The notes: generated from the letters alone by a model not told the origin. A DNA stretch of 64,000 nucleotides from Kiritimatiellia bacterium (GCA_045589455.1 JAZNPC010000010.1:149-64148); one strand, 5' to 3'. Shown: positions 1 to 10,397, counted from the stretch's first letter. Made by a program: numbers and translations.

Positions 1-98
1 GAAATCGCTAACGGAAATCATTTTTTGCTTGCAAAAATTACCGAAAAGGTGGAAAATTAAAGCATCTAAATTAAGTTATTTAAAAAAAGGATTTCAAA

Positions 99-1112
99 AT
101 GGCTGACATAGATTGGACAAAATTAGGCTTTGGTTATAGAGACACAAATTGTCATATTCGTTATACATGGAGAGACGGTAAGTGGGATAATGGCGAGCTT
201 GTGAAGGAGCCTTTTATCAATTTGCATATTGGTGCAGCATGCCTACACTACGGACAGGAAGCATTCGAGGGGATGAAGGCATTCCGTTGCAAGGACGGTA
301 AGGTGCGTATTTTTAGACCATTTGAAAATGCAAATCGTATGTTCCGTACAGCAAATCGTGCTTGCATGGCACCTGTTCCACCAGAGATGTTCGTTGATGC
401 AGTAAAGCGTGTAGTTCGAGCCAATGAAGAATTTGTTCCTCCATATGGTACAGGTGGCTCACTTTATATTCGCCCTCTATTGATTGGCTCTGGTATTCAG
501 ATTGGTGTTGCTCCTGCTAAGGAATACACATTTATCGTGATGGTAATGCCTGTTGGTGCATATTATAAGGGAGGTTTAAAGCCTGTCCGTGCAATTATTT
601 ATGATGAGTTCGATCGTGCAGCCCCTCTTGGAACTGGTGATATTAAGATTGGTGGCAACTATGCGGCAAGCCTTTATGCTCACGAAAAGGCAAAGGCAGC
701 TGGCTACCCAGTAGAGCTATACTTGGATTCAAAGAGCCATACATACGTAGAAGAGTTTGCTACATCAAACTTTTTGGGAATTAAGAAGGATGGAACTTAT
801 GTAACGCCAGATTCAACATCAGTATTGCCAAGTGTTACAAATCTAACACTAAAGCAGATTGCTGCCGACTCTGGGCGCAAGGTTGAGGTTCGCCCAATCC
901 CATTTACAGAGCTAGAAGATTTTGCTGAGATAGCAGCTTGTGGTACAGCTGTTGTTGTAACTCCAGTTTATGAGATAACACGCGGAGACAAGGTTATTAC
1001 ATTAGGTGATAGTGATTCTTGTGGTCCTGTTGTTCAGGAGTTATACGAAAAGGTACAAGCAATCCAGTATGGCGAAGCACCTGATATTTACGGTTGGTGC
1101 GAAGAAATTTAA
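99..1112 (+). CDS. ilvE: Branched-chain amino acid aminotransferase (class IV PLP-dependent aminotransferase)
   Basis: 337-aa ORF with BCAT-type sequence throughout (EGMKAF, YIRPLLIGSG, GTGDIKIGGNYAAS motifs). An AAAGGA RBS lies upstream of the ATG at 99. Confidence 0.93.
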   Translation: MADIDWTKLGFGYRDTNCHIRYTWRDGKWDNGELVKEPFINLHIGAACLHYGQEAFEGMKAFRCKDGKVRIFRPFENANRMFRTANRACMAPVPPEMFVDAVKRVVRANEEFVPPYGTGGSLYIRPLLIGSGIQIGVAPAKEYTFIVMVMPVGAYYKGGLKPVRAIIYDEFDRAAPLGTGDIKIGGNYAASLYAHEKAKAAGYPVELYLDSKSHTYVEEFATSNFLGIKKDGTYVTPDSTSVLPSVTNLTLKQIAADSGRKVEVRPIPFTELEDFAEIAACGTAVVVTPVYEITRGDKVITLGDSDSCGPVVQELYEKVQAIQYGEAPDIYGWCEEI

Positions 1113-1194
1113 GTGCCAAGCTTTAACCTAAGATAATATATTTATTTCTTTACCCAGGAGGGTAGCGAAGCCACTCGGTGTTTCTAGGGAGAGA

Positions 1195-2160
1195 GACGCG
1201 AGACAATTAGACAGTGAAAAGCTAATTGTTGTTAGTCGCGTTGCTTATTGCTTTCGCCTAACACGGACACACATAGTGTGATTTTTACGGAGGACAATGG
1301 AGAATTGTACTAGCTTCCAATACTCCAAGAATCCCTCCGTGCCTCCTTACCTCTTTTTTCTCCGCGTTTCGCCGAAGGCTATAGCGAGAGCGCTTAAATA
1401 GTTGCACTTATTGCTTTCGCCTAACACGGAGGCTGGGGAGAACGGAGGCACGGAGAGGTTTGGGAAGATATTGGAGAAAGGGACTACAGCCCTTTGTGTG
1501 CTGACAGTATGACAGTTTGACAGAGCAGATGAGGGTGGCTTTGCCGCCCTAGACTCCCAACTGTCAAACTTTCCAACTCGCCCACTCGCAAACTGTCAAA
1601 CTTTCCAACACCTAAACAGTTCCATTTTTTTTGTATAGTTTGACAGTATGACAGTTTGATAGAGAAGATGAAGGTGGCTTTGCCGCCCTAGACCCCCAAC
1701 TGTCAAACTTTCCAACTCGCCCACTCGCAAACTGTCAAACTTTCCAAGCCTCAACACCTAAAAAGTTCCATTTTTTTATAGTTTGACAGTATGATAGTAT
1801 GACAGTTTGAGAGAGAAGATGAAGGTGGCTTTGCAGCCTCTCGCTTTCTCCCAAAACCCCATCACCCCTCCGTGCCTCCGTTCTCTTTATCCTCCGCGTT
1901 TCGCCGAAGGCTCAAGCGAGAGCGTTTAAATCGTTTCACTCATTGCTTTCGCCTAACACGGAGTACGGAGGTAAGGAGGAAAACTGCAAACAATAAAAAC
2001 CCCAGCAACTCTCCGTGTCTCCGTTCTCATGAAAATCACACTACGTGTGCTCCGCGTTTCGCCGAAGGCTATAGCGTCAGCTTGAAATCTGTCTTGTCGT
2101 CTAGCGTCTAACGTCACGATAGTCTTATCGTCTAATTGTCCTTGCGATAGTGCTTTAACA
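1195..2160. repeat. Mosaic intergenic repeat array 1, built from at least four recurring modules. R1 is a ~70 bp unit (ctccgcgtttcgccgaaggct…gcgtttaaatcgtt…ttgctttcgcctaacacgga), R2 is cacggacacacatagtgtgatttttacggagg, R3 is a ~135 bp unit rich in gacagtttgacag / ctgtcaaactttcc inverted repeats and present here in 2.5 tandem copies, and R4 is gaggctggggagaacggag…ggagaaaggg
   Basis: Read directly: the R1 copies lie at roughly 1364-1432, 1888-1960 and 2048-2080. The R3 tandem copies lie at roughly 1500-1629, 1630-1769 and 1770-1850. The same modules recur in the 6.6-7.9 kb array. Confidence 0.85.
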
Positions 2161-2277
2161 CCACGATTTAACATATTGCTTTTTCCCCCATGAGGGGGGC
2201 GACAATGACTCCGACTCTATAATGCTCTGTATTCTAGTTGCTTATCCAAGCACTTGTATGTGTTTAAGTGAAATTTC

Positions 2278-2308
2278 TTGACAAATATATGGTTGCTTAT
2301 GGTATTAT
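2278..2308 (+). promoter_or_regulatory. Candidate sigma70-like promoter for the large surface-protein gene, with a perfect TTGACA at 2278-2283 and a TATTAT-like -10 at 2303-2308
   Basis: The hexamers were read from the sequence. The spacing of about 19 bp is suboptimal. No experimental support. Confidence 0.2.
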
Positions 2309-2359
2309 TCAATCATAGTGAAATTTACTTTCTATATGATTATACTTGTGAGGTTAAAT

Positions 2360-5300
2360 ATGAAATTGTTAGAAAAATTTTTACTAGTTATACTTTGTTC
2401 CGTTAGTGTAATAACTCTTGCAGATACTACATATCGTGCTGGCTTACTCCAGAGTAAATTAAATCTTCAAAATAATGCAACTGGGGCTTTACCAACAGTA
2501 GACCTTGAACGCGTGCCTGGAACAGTAATGGCAAATATTTATGTCCCTAATGATAATGATGCTCCCAATGTTGGCTATTATAATGAATGGACTGGTAATA
2601 CAACATACTACAATACTCAAAATACGACCTTCGGTTATGCTGGACAAATGTGGTTTGTCAAAGATATCGAATATGTTTTTGGTAAGTATTTTGATGATTT
2701 CGGCTATGTGAAAATAGGTGATTCGGTAATCATTAACAACTCAAATTGGGAAGCTTTTGCTGTAGGTAATTTTACTCCAACTAGAACAGGATGGTATGAT
2801 GTAGAGTTTCGTGTTGGTGATGGAAATGGTGGTAAGGGCCCTAATGGTGGTGATTGGGGGCGCGATTTGGGTCTTGCTTGGAATACTAATGGTGTTACAA
2901 CTATGTCACCAAAGGATTCTTGGAATAAGATTGAAGACGATGGCTCAATGACATTTCTTCGCTGTATCACAGATGAAACCTTTGGAACACTAACTGATCT
3001 TAAACTAACAGATACAGGAGTTGATTTTTATATAACTGCTCCTGAAGTTTCAGATGTTTCTGCTACAATTTATTTTGGCTCAACAACGGGCATATTAGGC
3101 GATCCTTCCTCTTGGCAAAATGCATCCCAAACAGTAAATATTCCTGCTGGGGAAACGGGTGTCGTTGCCATTGAATGTACTGAAGGAGATTACCCTTTGT
3201 TTACAATATGTTGTTGTGGCGAATACAACGGAAATTTTGAACAATGGACTCCTGTTGTTTCCTCAGGAACATCTGCAACAGCTATTATTTCTGTAGCAGA
3301 TGTTCAATACACAAATGCAACTTGTGTGGTTACAATTGATAGCCTAGGAACTGGAGCAGAAATAGCAGATTTGTCTATAGAAATTAGTGAAACACCAGAT
3401 TTTGCTGGTGCTATACAATCAATTCCTTATGGTTCACAAATTTCAGATATTGGTCAATATTCTGTTGGGATTCCGAGCCTTTCAACTAATTGTATGTATT
3501 GGGCTCGTGCAGTTGTCGTAAATAATTTAGGTTCAACATTTCGTAGCAATCCAATCGATTTCAAGACTTTGTTGCCTGGTACACCTGTGTGTGGAATAGA
3601 GGCTCTTTCTAGAAGCTTTACTTCATTTACATTTGATCTGTCTGTCTCTGAATTTGGTGTAGGTGGAGAAAATGCAACAATTTCATTAGAGGTGTCAGAG
3701 ACAGAGGATTTCTCAGAAAAACTTACCTTTGGTGAAGCCTTTGTAACTAGTGCTCCTATAAAGAAATCAATTACGGCTACTAATTTGGACCCAGCTAAAA
3801 CCTATTATGTTCGAGGTAAGATTGTAAATTTCTGGGGAGTTGAGAATTTTTCTTTGACAGAAATTTTTTCCACAACAGATACTCCTGTAAAAATGTCTCA
3901 AATTTCATCAGTGTCTGGAGAAAATAATTCGGTTGTGCTCTCAATTAGTTCTATTGAGATGACTCCAGGCACAACCTATAATGTTGCATTCTATGTTGAC
4001 GGAAGGGTGATTGAAACTTTTGAGAATATGACTACACTTTCCTCTTTTTCTACAGAGTGGAGTGGTGCAAAAGGGTCTGAACATGAGTTAAAGATTGTTG
4101 TTGATTGCCTTTGGGGTGAAGAACAGTATTCTAATGAGTATTTGACAACCTTTATTGTTGGCTCATCAGTTGTCGGACTTGACTCAATCTCAAGCCTATC
4201 TACACAGGTATTGTTTGTTGGAGATAAAATAATGCTTCCAGAAGCAATAGGCACAGAGTTCTATAGCTGGAATACAAATTCAGTAATTAATGTTAATGGT
4301 AATGTTGTAAGTACATTAGAACCAGGCTGCAACATATTCAGACTTATAGCAAATGACAGTATAACAGGAGAAAGAACAGTAAAGGAAACTGGTATACTAA
4401 TTGTTGCTCCTGCACGAGAAACAATTAAAGGAGGTTTGTTCGTCCGTAGTGCTGATGGTAATTTTGATTGGAATAAGGCAGAGTCATGGGAGAGAATTTT
4501 AGGTACCAGCGACTATCCAAATAATCCAGACGATGTCGTTATGATTTATGGAGAGTTCTCTGGAGATAGAACAATCAATTTGAAGGAGGACATAACGATT
4601 GGATATTTGGGGGTAGGCGATTTGTCTACAAACAATAGAAAAGTAACACTTGGATCCTCTGGGTCACTAACGTTTAAAACCTCTGATGGAACAGCCTCGT
4701 GGATACGTTTGCCAGGAAAAATTAGTAATCCATGGATAGCATTTAATCGACCTGTTTCAATGGAGAATGATTTAGTTATTGATGGAATGTGTGGAGAAAG
4801 AATGCTTATTGATTTCTCGTCAACACTGACGGTTAATGAGTATCGTCTTTCCGCTACTCGTGTTGAGTGGTATGGTGGTGGGGCAGAATTTACTGATGGA
4901 CAATTTAGGCTTTATGGAGATGTTATTGGCTCTGGAATTATAGAAATTTATGCTAATACATTGATGACGCATAGAAATGTAAATACCAAATCATTCACAG
5001 GTATATGGAAAATTATGAATGGCCCTCATGATGGAAATTATGGTGGTGCAGGTCTATTTTTAGGTGGCACATATCTTTATAATGCAAAAGAATTGATAAT
5101 CGGCGGTGCATGGATGTCAAACAAAGAACGCCGTCTGGGTGCAAATGTTCAAACGGGTTGGCATAATGGATATCAATACGGAGCAATGACAAATGAGTGG
5201 AAAAATGTATTCCCTTCTCATGTTGTCATAGATGGAGGTAGGTTGCAGCTACTAAACGAAGGTCCTTTGGGCGGTGCTTCTTATAATGCGTATGTTGCAA

Positions 5301-6415
5301 CAGGTATTAGAGAGGATTATTTGGAAACAGATACATTGGAAATATCAAGTGGTCCAATGGGTAGCCTAGTCTCGAAGGTTGCAAAGCATCATCCTGGTAC
5401 ATATCCAAATGTAACTTCCACGATAACAAATCTTGTAGTAAGGAAGGGTGGTTCTGTTGCATTTGATATAAATACTATAGATAATGCTGGCTCTGCATAC
5501 CCTTTACTTACAAATTCAATGTATGTGGTTAATTCGCCAGAAGGTGTTTGGACTTCTCCCGATGGCTCCTATCAGGTGCTCCAATTCTTTAGCAAGAATA
5601 TTGAAGCAGAGACACATTATATTGCAATAAGAGATACTGCTACAGGAAAGATTAGCTTAACCAACTCCGTTACAACGAGGGGCTCATCGGGTAATTTCCG
5701 CGTTATTGATAAGTGGGACAATCCTAAAGAGGAAAGCTTCCCTGATGGGACAGAGTTTGTTTCCCTTTCTCTTTATCAAGAACGCAAGGTTGTTTTCTCT
5801 GAGCCAAATGCAACCATTAAGATTCTTTCTGGGTATTTGACAATGCCACATAATTCAGAATTTGGTAAATTGGATGATCCAAATACAGAAAGTGGAACTC
5901 TTGATTTTGGTGAAATAACTGGATATGTTTATTCAAGCTTCCAAAATAATTCTCCAGCAAAAATCGGGTGCAGAATTGTGGGCTCAAATGGATTGGTAAA
6001 ATCTGCTGGTGGAAAACTTGAATTATACCAACCATTGGATCAATTGTCTGGCGGTGTTTATGTAAATTGTGGTAGCCTAATTATGAAGAATGCCGCGACC
6101 TTTGGTGAAAATGATGTATATGTTTACGCAGGAGGAAAGGTAAGTATTTCTGGACAAAATCCGTTTAACACTAGAGCTACGCTTTATCTTGAAGAGCGTG
6201 ATTGGCTTCCTTGTTATAGTAAGCTTGATTTAGCAACAAGCGAGGAGGTAAAGGTTGGCAAGCTAATGGTAAATGGAACTTCTGTTCCTCGTGGTACTTA
6301 TGGTTCATCGCTCTCAAATGCAGAATTTGTAGATGACAATTTGTTTGAGGGTACAGGTGTAATAAAAGTATTAAGTGATGATTGCTTGCAACCAACTATT
6401 ATATTGATGAAGTAA
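2360..6415 (+). CDS. Very large secreted repetitive surface protein, a putative adhesin or beta-rich cell-surface protein of about 1350 aa
   Basis: The long ORF runs 2318..6415. The likely start is the ATG at 2360, which has a GAGG RBS and a signal-peptide-like N-terminus (MKLLEKFLLVILCSVSVITLA). The protein is Thr/Ser/Gly/Asn-rich with internal repeats (ISETPDFAG…, VSETEDFSE…). It contains no LRRs. Confidence 0.85.
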   Translation: MKLLEKFLLVILCSVSVITLADTTYRAGLLQSKLNLQNNATGALPTVDLERVPGTVMANIYVPNDNDAPNVGYYNEWTGNTTYYNTQNTTFGYAGQMWFVKDIEYVFGKYFDDFGYVKIGDSVIINNSNWEAFAVGNFTPTRTGWYDVEFRVGDGNGGKGPNGGDWGRDLGLAWNTNGVTTMSPKDSWNKIEDDGSMTFLRCITDETFGTLTDLKLTDTGVDFYITAPEVSDVSATIYFGSTTGILGDPSSWQNASQTVNIPAGETGVVAIECTEGDYPLFTICCCGEYNGNFEQWTPVVSSGTSATAIISVADVQYTNATCVVTIDSLGTGAEIADLSIEISETPDFAGAIQSIPYGSQISDIGQYSVGIPSLSTNCMYWARAVVVNNLGSTFRSNPIDFKTLLPGTPVCGIEALSRSFTSFTFDLSVSEFGVGGENATISLEVSETEDFSEKLTFGEAFVTSAPIKKSITATNLDPAKTYYVRGKIVNFWGVENFSLTEIFSTTDTPVKMSQISSVSGENNSVVLSISSIEMTPGTTYNVAFYVDGRVIETFENMTTLSSFSTEWSGAKGSEHELKIVVDCLWGEEQYSNEYLTTFIVGSSVVGLDSISSLSTQVLFVGDKIMLPEAIGTEFYSWNTNSVINVNGNVVSTLEPGCNIFRLIANDSITGERTVKETGILIVAPARETIKGGLFVRSADGNFDWNKAESWERILGTSDYPNNPDDVVMIYGEFSGDRTINLKEDITIGYLGVGDLSTNNRKVTLGSSGSLTFKTSDGTASWIRLPGKISNPWIAFNRPVSMENDLVIDGMCGERMLIDFSSTLTVNEYRLSATRVEWYGGGAEFTDGQFRLYGDVIGSGIIEIYANTLMTHRNVNTKSFTGIWKIMNGPHDGNYGGAGLFLGGTYLYNAKELIIGGAWMSNKERRLGANVQTGWHNGYQYGAMTNEWKNVFPSHVVIDGGRLQLLNEGPLGGASYNAYVATGIREDYLETDTLEISSGPMGSLVSKVAKHHPGTYPNVTSTITNLVVRKGGSVAFDINTIDNAGSAYPLLTNSMYVVNSPEGVWTSPDGSYQVLQFFSKNIEAETHYIAIRDTATGKISLTNSVTTRGSSGNFRVIDKWDNPKEESFPDGTEFVSLSLYQERKVVFSEPNATIKILSGYLTMPHNSEFGKLDDPNTESGTLDFGEITGYVYSSFQNNSPAKIGCRIVGSNGLVKSAGGKLELYQPLDQLSGGVYVNCGSLIMKNAATFGENDVYVYAGGKVSISGQNPFNTRATLYLEERDWLPCYSKLDLATSEEVKVGKLMVNGTSVPRGTYGSSLSNAEFVDDNLFEGTGVIKVLSDDCLQPTIILMK

Positions 6416-6515
6416 TAATCATATTATCCGTTTACAGCAAGCTAGTGCTATCGCACCAGAGCCGTAAACTAAACAGTGCTCTGCTTTTGCTATTGCAACT
6501 AGAGTGCCTCTCAAG

Positions 6516-6554
6516 GAGCCAATTCATTGACTGTGTCAGTTAATGAATTGGCTC
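6516..6554 (+). terminator. Putative terminator hairpin downstream of the large surface-protein gene. The stem is a perfect 13 bp (gagccaattcatt / aatgaattggctc) with a 13-nt loop
   Basis: The inverted repeat was read from the sequence. The downstream T-tract is weak (ttctcgttcc). Confidence 0.4.
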
Positions 6555-6604
6555 TTCTCGTTCCATGGGTGTCGGGTGATTGTCCTTGTGCTAGTGCTTT
6601 GTTG

Positions 6605-7885
6605 TGATGCGAGACTTTAGACGTTGAACGGACGCGAGACAATCAAACGTTGAAAGCTAATTGTCGTTAGTCGCGTTGCTTGTTGCTTTCGCCTAACACG
6701 GACACACATAGTGTGATTTTTACGGAGGACAAGGGAGCATTGTGCCAACAATCATTCCAGTACCCCAATCACCCCTCCGTGTCTCCGTTCCTCCAGAAAA
6801 CCACACTACGTGTGCTCCGTGTTTCGCCGATGGCTCAAGCGAGAGCGTTTAAATCGTTACACTTGTTGCTTACGCTCAACACGGAGTACGGAGGTAAATG
6901 GAGTACTATACTAACAATCATTATAATAACCCCAGCACCTCTCCGTGTCTCCGTTCTCTTAATCCTCCGCGTTTCGCCGAAGGCCACAGCGGGAGCGTTT
7001 AAATCGTTGCACTCGTTGCTTTCGCCTAACACGGAGACGCGGAGGCGCGGACAAAAGTGCTAGCAATCATTAACAACAACCCCATAACTCCCTCCGTGCC
7101 TCTGAGCCTCTTAATCCTCCGCGTTTCGCCGAAGGCTAGAGCGGGAGCGTTTAAATCGTTTCACTCATTGCTTACGCCTAACACGGAGGCTGGGGAGAAC
7201 GGAGACGCGGAGAGGTTTGGGAAGATATTGGAGAAAGGGGCTACAGCCCTTTGCGTGCTGACAGTATGACAGTTGGAGAGTGAAGATGAGGGTGGCTTGC
7301 CGCCCTAGACCCCCAACTGTCAAACTTTCCAACTCGCCCACTCGCAAACTGTCAAACTTTCCAACACCTAAACAGTTCCATTTTTTTATAGTTTGACAGT
7401 TTGACAGTATGATAGTATGACAGTTAGATAGTTGGAGAGAGAAGATGAAGGTGGCTTTGCCTCCTCTCGCTTTCTCCCCAAACCCCAGCACCTCTCCGTG
7501 TCTCCGTTCCTCCAGAAAACCACACTACGTGTGCTCCGCGTTTCGCCGAAGGCTAGAGCGCCAGCGACAAATCACTCAGCTGCGTACCCATCATCCGTGC
7601 AAATTTGTGCAAATTCGTGTTCGCGCCGCAGGCCTGAGCGTCAGCGTTTAAATCGTTGCACTCGTTGCTTTCGCTCAACACGGAGTACGGAGAAAAGGGC
7701 GCATTGTGCTAATCGTTTCACTCGTTGCTTTCGCTTAACACGGACACACATAGTGTGATTTTTACGGAGGTAAGGAGAATTGTGCTAGCAATCATTCCAA
7801 TACCCCAGAATATTCTCCGTGCCTCTGAGCCTCTTAATCCTCCGCGTTTCGCCGAAGGCTCAAGCGAGAGCGTTTAAATCAATCC
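6605..7885. repeat. Mosaic intergenic repeat array 2. It uses the same R1, R2, R3 and R4 modules as the 1.2-2.2 kb array, with about seven R1-type copies and 1.5 R3 copies
   Basis: Read directly: the R1-like copies lie at roughly 6813-6885, 6962-7033, 7112-7190, 7535-7560, 7640-7690 and 7838-7880. R2 lies at 6698-6730 and 7739-7771. R3 lies at 7257-7388 and 7389-7460. Confidence 0.85.
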
Positions 7886-7924
7886 TATCTGTGTTTCTGC
7901 GGGAGATAATATTGCGAAGCTCAT

Positions 7925-7954
7925 TGTTATACAGAGTTGTTGACATACTATAAT
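7925..7954 (+). promoter_or_regulatory. Candidate promoter for the BspA-like gene, with a perfect TATAAT at 7949-7954 and a TTGTTA-like -35 near 7925
   Basis: The hexamers were read from the sequence. The spacing is ambiguous. Confidence 0.2.
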
Positions 7955-8012
7955 TTAAAGTGGTAACATATTGCCATATTCAATGTTAGATAGTTTTTTA
8001 AGGAAAGAAATT

Positions 8013-10397
8013 ATGAAAAAATTTATATTCTTGATTCTACTTGCTGTGGCAACGTGTTCTTTTGGCGCTTGGAGATATGTTGAAGATCCAGGCAAATGGA
8101 ATAATGCTGGCGATAAATCATATACCGGTTATATCACCGACGATACTACTTGGACTATCTACGTTCTTCAGCTATCTGATGGTACATGGCAGCTAGGTGC
8201 AGGTACATTTGGTGTTGACTATGGCTCTGGAGGTGGTTCTTGTAATGCAGGCAGACCAAGTGGTTCTTTAGAATCAAACCAAAAAACAGACACTGGTATA
8301 GGTTCTGGAGTCTTGGACCTTTGTGAGGCTTTTGACGATTTGCCAGATATGCAATTTACAGCAATCGGTCCTAGATGCTTCTATAATCATAAGCAAATTA
8401 CAGGAATTGTTATTCCTGCAGAAATTAAGGTGCTTAAAACCAGCGCATTTCAAGGCAGTTCTTTGACAAGTATAACATTTGAGGCAGGTTCTCAATTAAC
8501 AACTATTCAGGATTCTGTATTTAGAAGCGCACAAAGCATAAAGATACTTAATCTAAAGGACACAAAATTGGAAAGCATTGGATCTGGTTGCTTTGATGCT
8601 GCATTAGGTTTTAGAGAAATCTCTTTACCAAGCACCTTAACAACTCTTTCAAGCAGTGCTTTCTCTTACATTACAGACTCTGATATGGTATATCATTTCG
8701 CTGGTTCTATTCCAACAAGTATTGGCAGCTCTGCATTTCGTCCTAGAAGCTTAAGTGAAAAAATCAAATGGGCTTTTTACGTTGATGTAAATACAAAAGG
8801 AACTTGGCCAATCAGAACTGATGTTGCATTTGCAGATGCAACTCTTCCTATGGTAGATGGCGTTACTTTTGCCGAAGAAGATTATCTTGGTTATTTGTAT
8901 TTGTCAGATTTGCCTGGCAATAATATTAACAGCCCACAAAAGGTTTGGATATTTAAAGAAGGCGTATTAAGTGCTATAGTTCCTCCTTCTATCTCTGCAA
9001 TTACTCAGACAGGAAGAAAAGATGTTTCCATCGATTTGGCATTGGATATGGGAACTGCAGATGTAGCATCAATGGAAGTAACTCTGAATGATACAACAAT
9101 CACAAAAGAAGGAACAGAAGACGGTACTTACGATTTTTATTTTGATGAACTTTCCCTTGAAACAACATATTCATGGGTTGCAATTCTTAAGGATGCAAAT
9201 GGTGATATTGTTCAACAAATTGTTGGTTCAGCAACAACTCTTCCTCCAGATATTTCTCTAGGTAAAACTTCATATACACAGCCAGCTGATGGTCTTTCAG
9301 CAACTGTATATGTTGAGATTGTTGAATTAAAAGGAGAGTCAGCTGAGATTGCTTTTACCTTTGATGGGAATGACGCCGTGACACAAACAGTTACATCGGC
9401 AGGAAAATATGGTTTTGATGTTACCAATTTGACTTTAGGTGAAAAATATAATTATTCATTTGTGGTTACATCTTCTCAAAATTCAGATGTCGCTTCTATT
9501 AATGGTGTGCTTGAAGCAGATTATTATCATTGGGTTTATACTGCTGCACCGGCAGGAAGTATCCGTAATGGTATGCCATATACAGGTGAACTAACTGATA
9601 GAAATTGGCGTTTATATATCTATTGCCCAGACCCAGAGAAGCCAGATGAGTTTTGGCTAGGCTGTGGTGGTGCAGGAACGTCTGCCACAGACGCAAATGG
9701 TAGAGGTGCTCTTGATCTTACTGCTGTCTATGCTGATACGTTAGCAGCGGGCACACCTGTAAAGATTATAGATGTCAATAGCTTTGCATTTGTAAGTAAT
9801 CAAAATCTTGAGAAGCTTGTCTTGCCTCGATTCACTCAGAATATTAGATCATATACTTTTTATGGATGTAGATCGCTAACAAGTGTTGATTTGTCTAAGA
9901 CACAAATTACTAATATTTCTGCTCGTGCTTTCCAAGATAACTATGGCTGTACAGAGTACTACTTGCCTAGAACATTGGTTAGTGTTGGAGCATGTGCATT
10001 TGCATGGGGTCCAGCCAAGCGTGCAATTCATTTCTTGGGAGATGTCCCAACTGTTGAAATTACAACACAGGCTACAGGTACTGGTAATGTAGGTGGCGAT
10101 CAGTCTTTCTATTCTGGTAATAATAATAATCAATGGGCTTATTGTGTTGATGCAAAGACATATCCACGTTGGAAGACAGATGCGTCCACAATTCTTTATA
10201 CTGATGAGAATCCTTTCCCTGCTGCTAGTGAGCAGACATGGATCCCTGAGAGTGTTCAATATGGCAAAGTGGATGGTTATGCAAAGCCATTTGGTAATTC
10301 TACACTTGGGCGTGGTTGGGATTCCTCTGCATTTGGTCGTGCATATTTGATTCAAGAGAATTACTATAATCCAGCAACAGTATTGATGATATTTTAA
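8013..10397 (+). CDS. BspA-type leucine-rich-repeat (LRR_5) cell-surface protein
   Basis: The ORF runs 7971..10397. The probable start is the ATG at 8013, which has an AAGGA RBS and a signal peptide (MKKFIFLILLAVATCSFG). BspA-like LRR units occur repeatedly (…LxxIxxxAFxxCxxLTSIxLPxxL…), for example IIDVNSFAFVSNQNLEKLVLPRF…FYGCRSLTSVDLS. Confidence 0.85.
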   Translation: MKKFIFLILLAVATCSFGAWRYVEDPGKWNNAGDKSYTGYITDDTTWTIYVLQLSDGTWQLGAGTFGVDYGSGGGSCNAGRPSGSLESNQKTDTGIGSGVLDLCEAFDDLPDMQFTAIGPRCFYNHKQITGIVIPAEIKVLKTSAFQGSSLTSITFEAGSQLTTIQDSVFRSAQSIKILNLKDTKLESIGSGCFDAALGFREISLPSTLTTLSSSAFSYITDSDMVYHFAGSIPTSIGSSAFRPRSLSEKIKWAFYVDVNTKGTWPIRTDVAFADATLPMVDGVTFAEEDYLGYLYLSDLPGNNINSPQKVWIFKEGVLSAIVPPSISAITQTGRKDVSIDLALDMGTADVASMEVTLNDTTITKEGTEDGTYDFYFDELSLETTYSWVAILKDANGDIVQQIVGSATTLPPDISLGKTSYTQPADGLSATVYVEIVELKGESAEIAFTFDGNDAVTQTVTSAGKYGFDVTNLTLGEKYNYSFVVTSSQNSDVASINGVLEADYYHWVYTAAPAGSIRNGMPYTGELTDRNWRLYIYCPDPEKPDEFWLGCGGAGTSATDANGRGALDLTAVYADTLAAGTPVKIIDVNSFAFVSNQNLEKLVLPRFTQNIRSYTFYGCRSLTSVDLSKTQITNISARAFQDNYGCTEYYLPRTLVSVGACAFAWGPAKRAIHFLGDVPTVEITTQATGTGNVGGDQSFYSGNNNNQWAYCVDAKTYPRWKTDASTILYTDENPFPAASEQTWIPESVQYGKVDGYAKPFGNSTLGRGWDSSAFGRAYLIQENYYNPATVLMIF

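Noticed and set aside
1872-2174. Track ORFs 1872..2111(+) and 1953..2174(-) inside the first repeat array
   Set aside because: They lie entirely within repeat modules. They have no RBS and a repeat-driven amino-acid composition. They are likely spurious.
6680-7758. Track ORFs 6680..7063, 6835..7032(-), 7057..7269, 7165..7491(-), 7432..7758 and 7445..7651 inside the second repeat array
   Set aside because: They overlap on both strands and are composed of the same repeat modules (translations such as SPFLQKTTLRVLRVSPKA recur). None has a credible start context.
1195-7885. Possible CRISPR array, because of the many short direct repeats
   Set aside because: The repeats are of several different module types and of unequal length (about 30 to 135 bp). 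They vary internally. They are not separated by uniform-length unique spacers, and no cas genes are nearby. Together this fits a mosaic repeat array, not a CRISPR.
9876-10355. 159-aa antisense ORF (and 9883..10092, 10093..10350) within the 3' end of the BspA-like gene
   Set aside because: It is fully nested in and antisense to, or overlapping, a well-supported CDS. The Cys-rich translation is typical of out-of-frame LRR codons.
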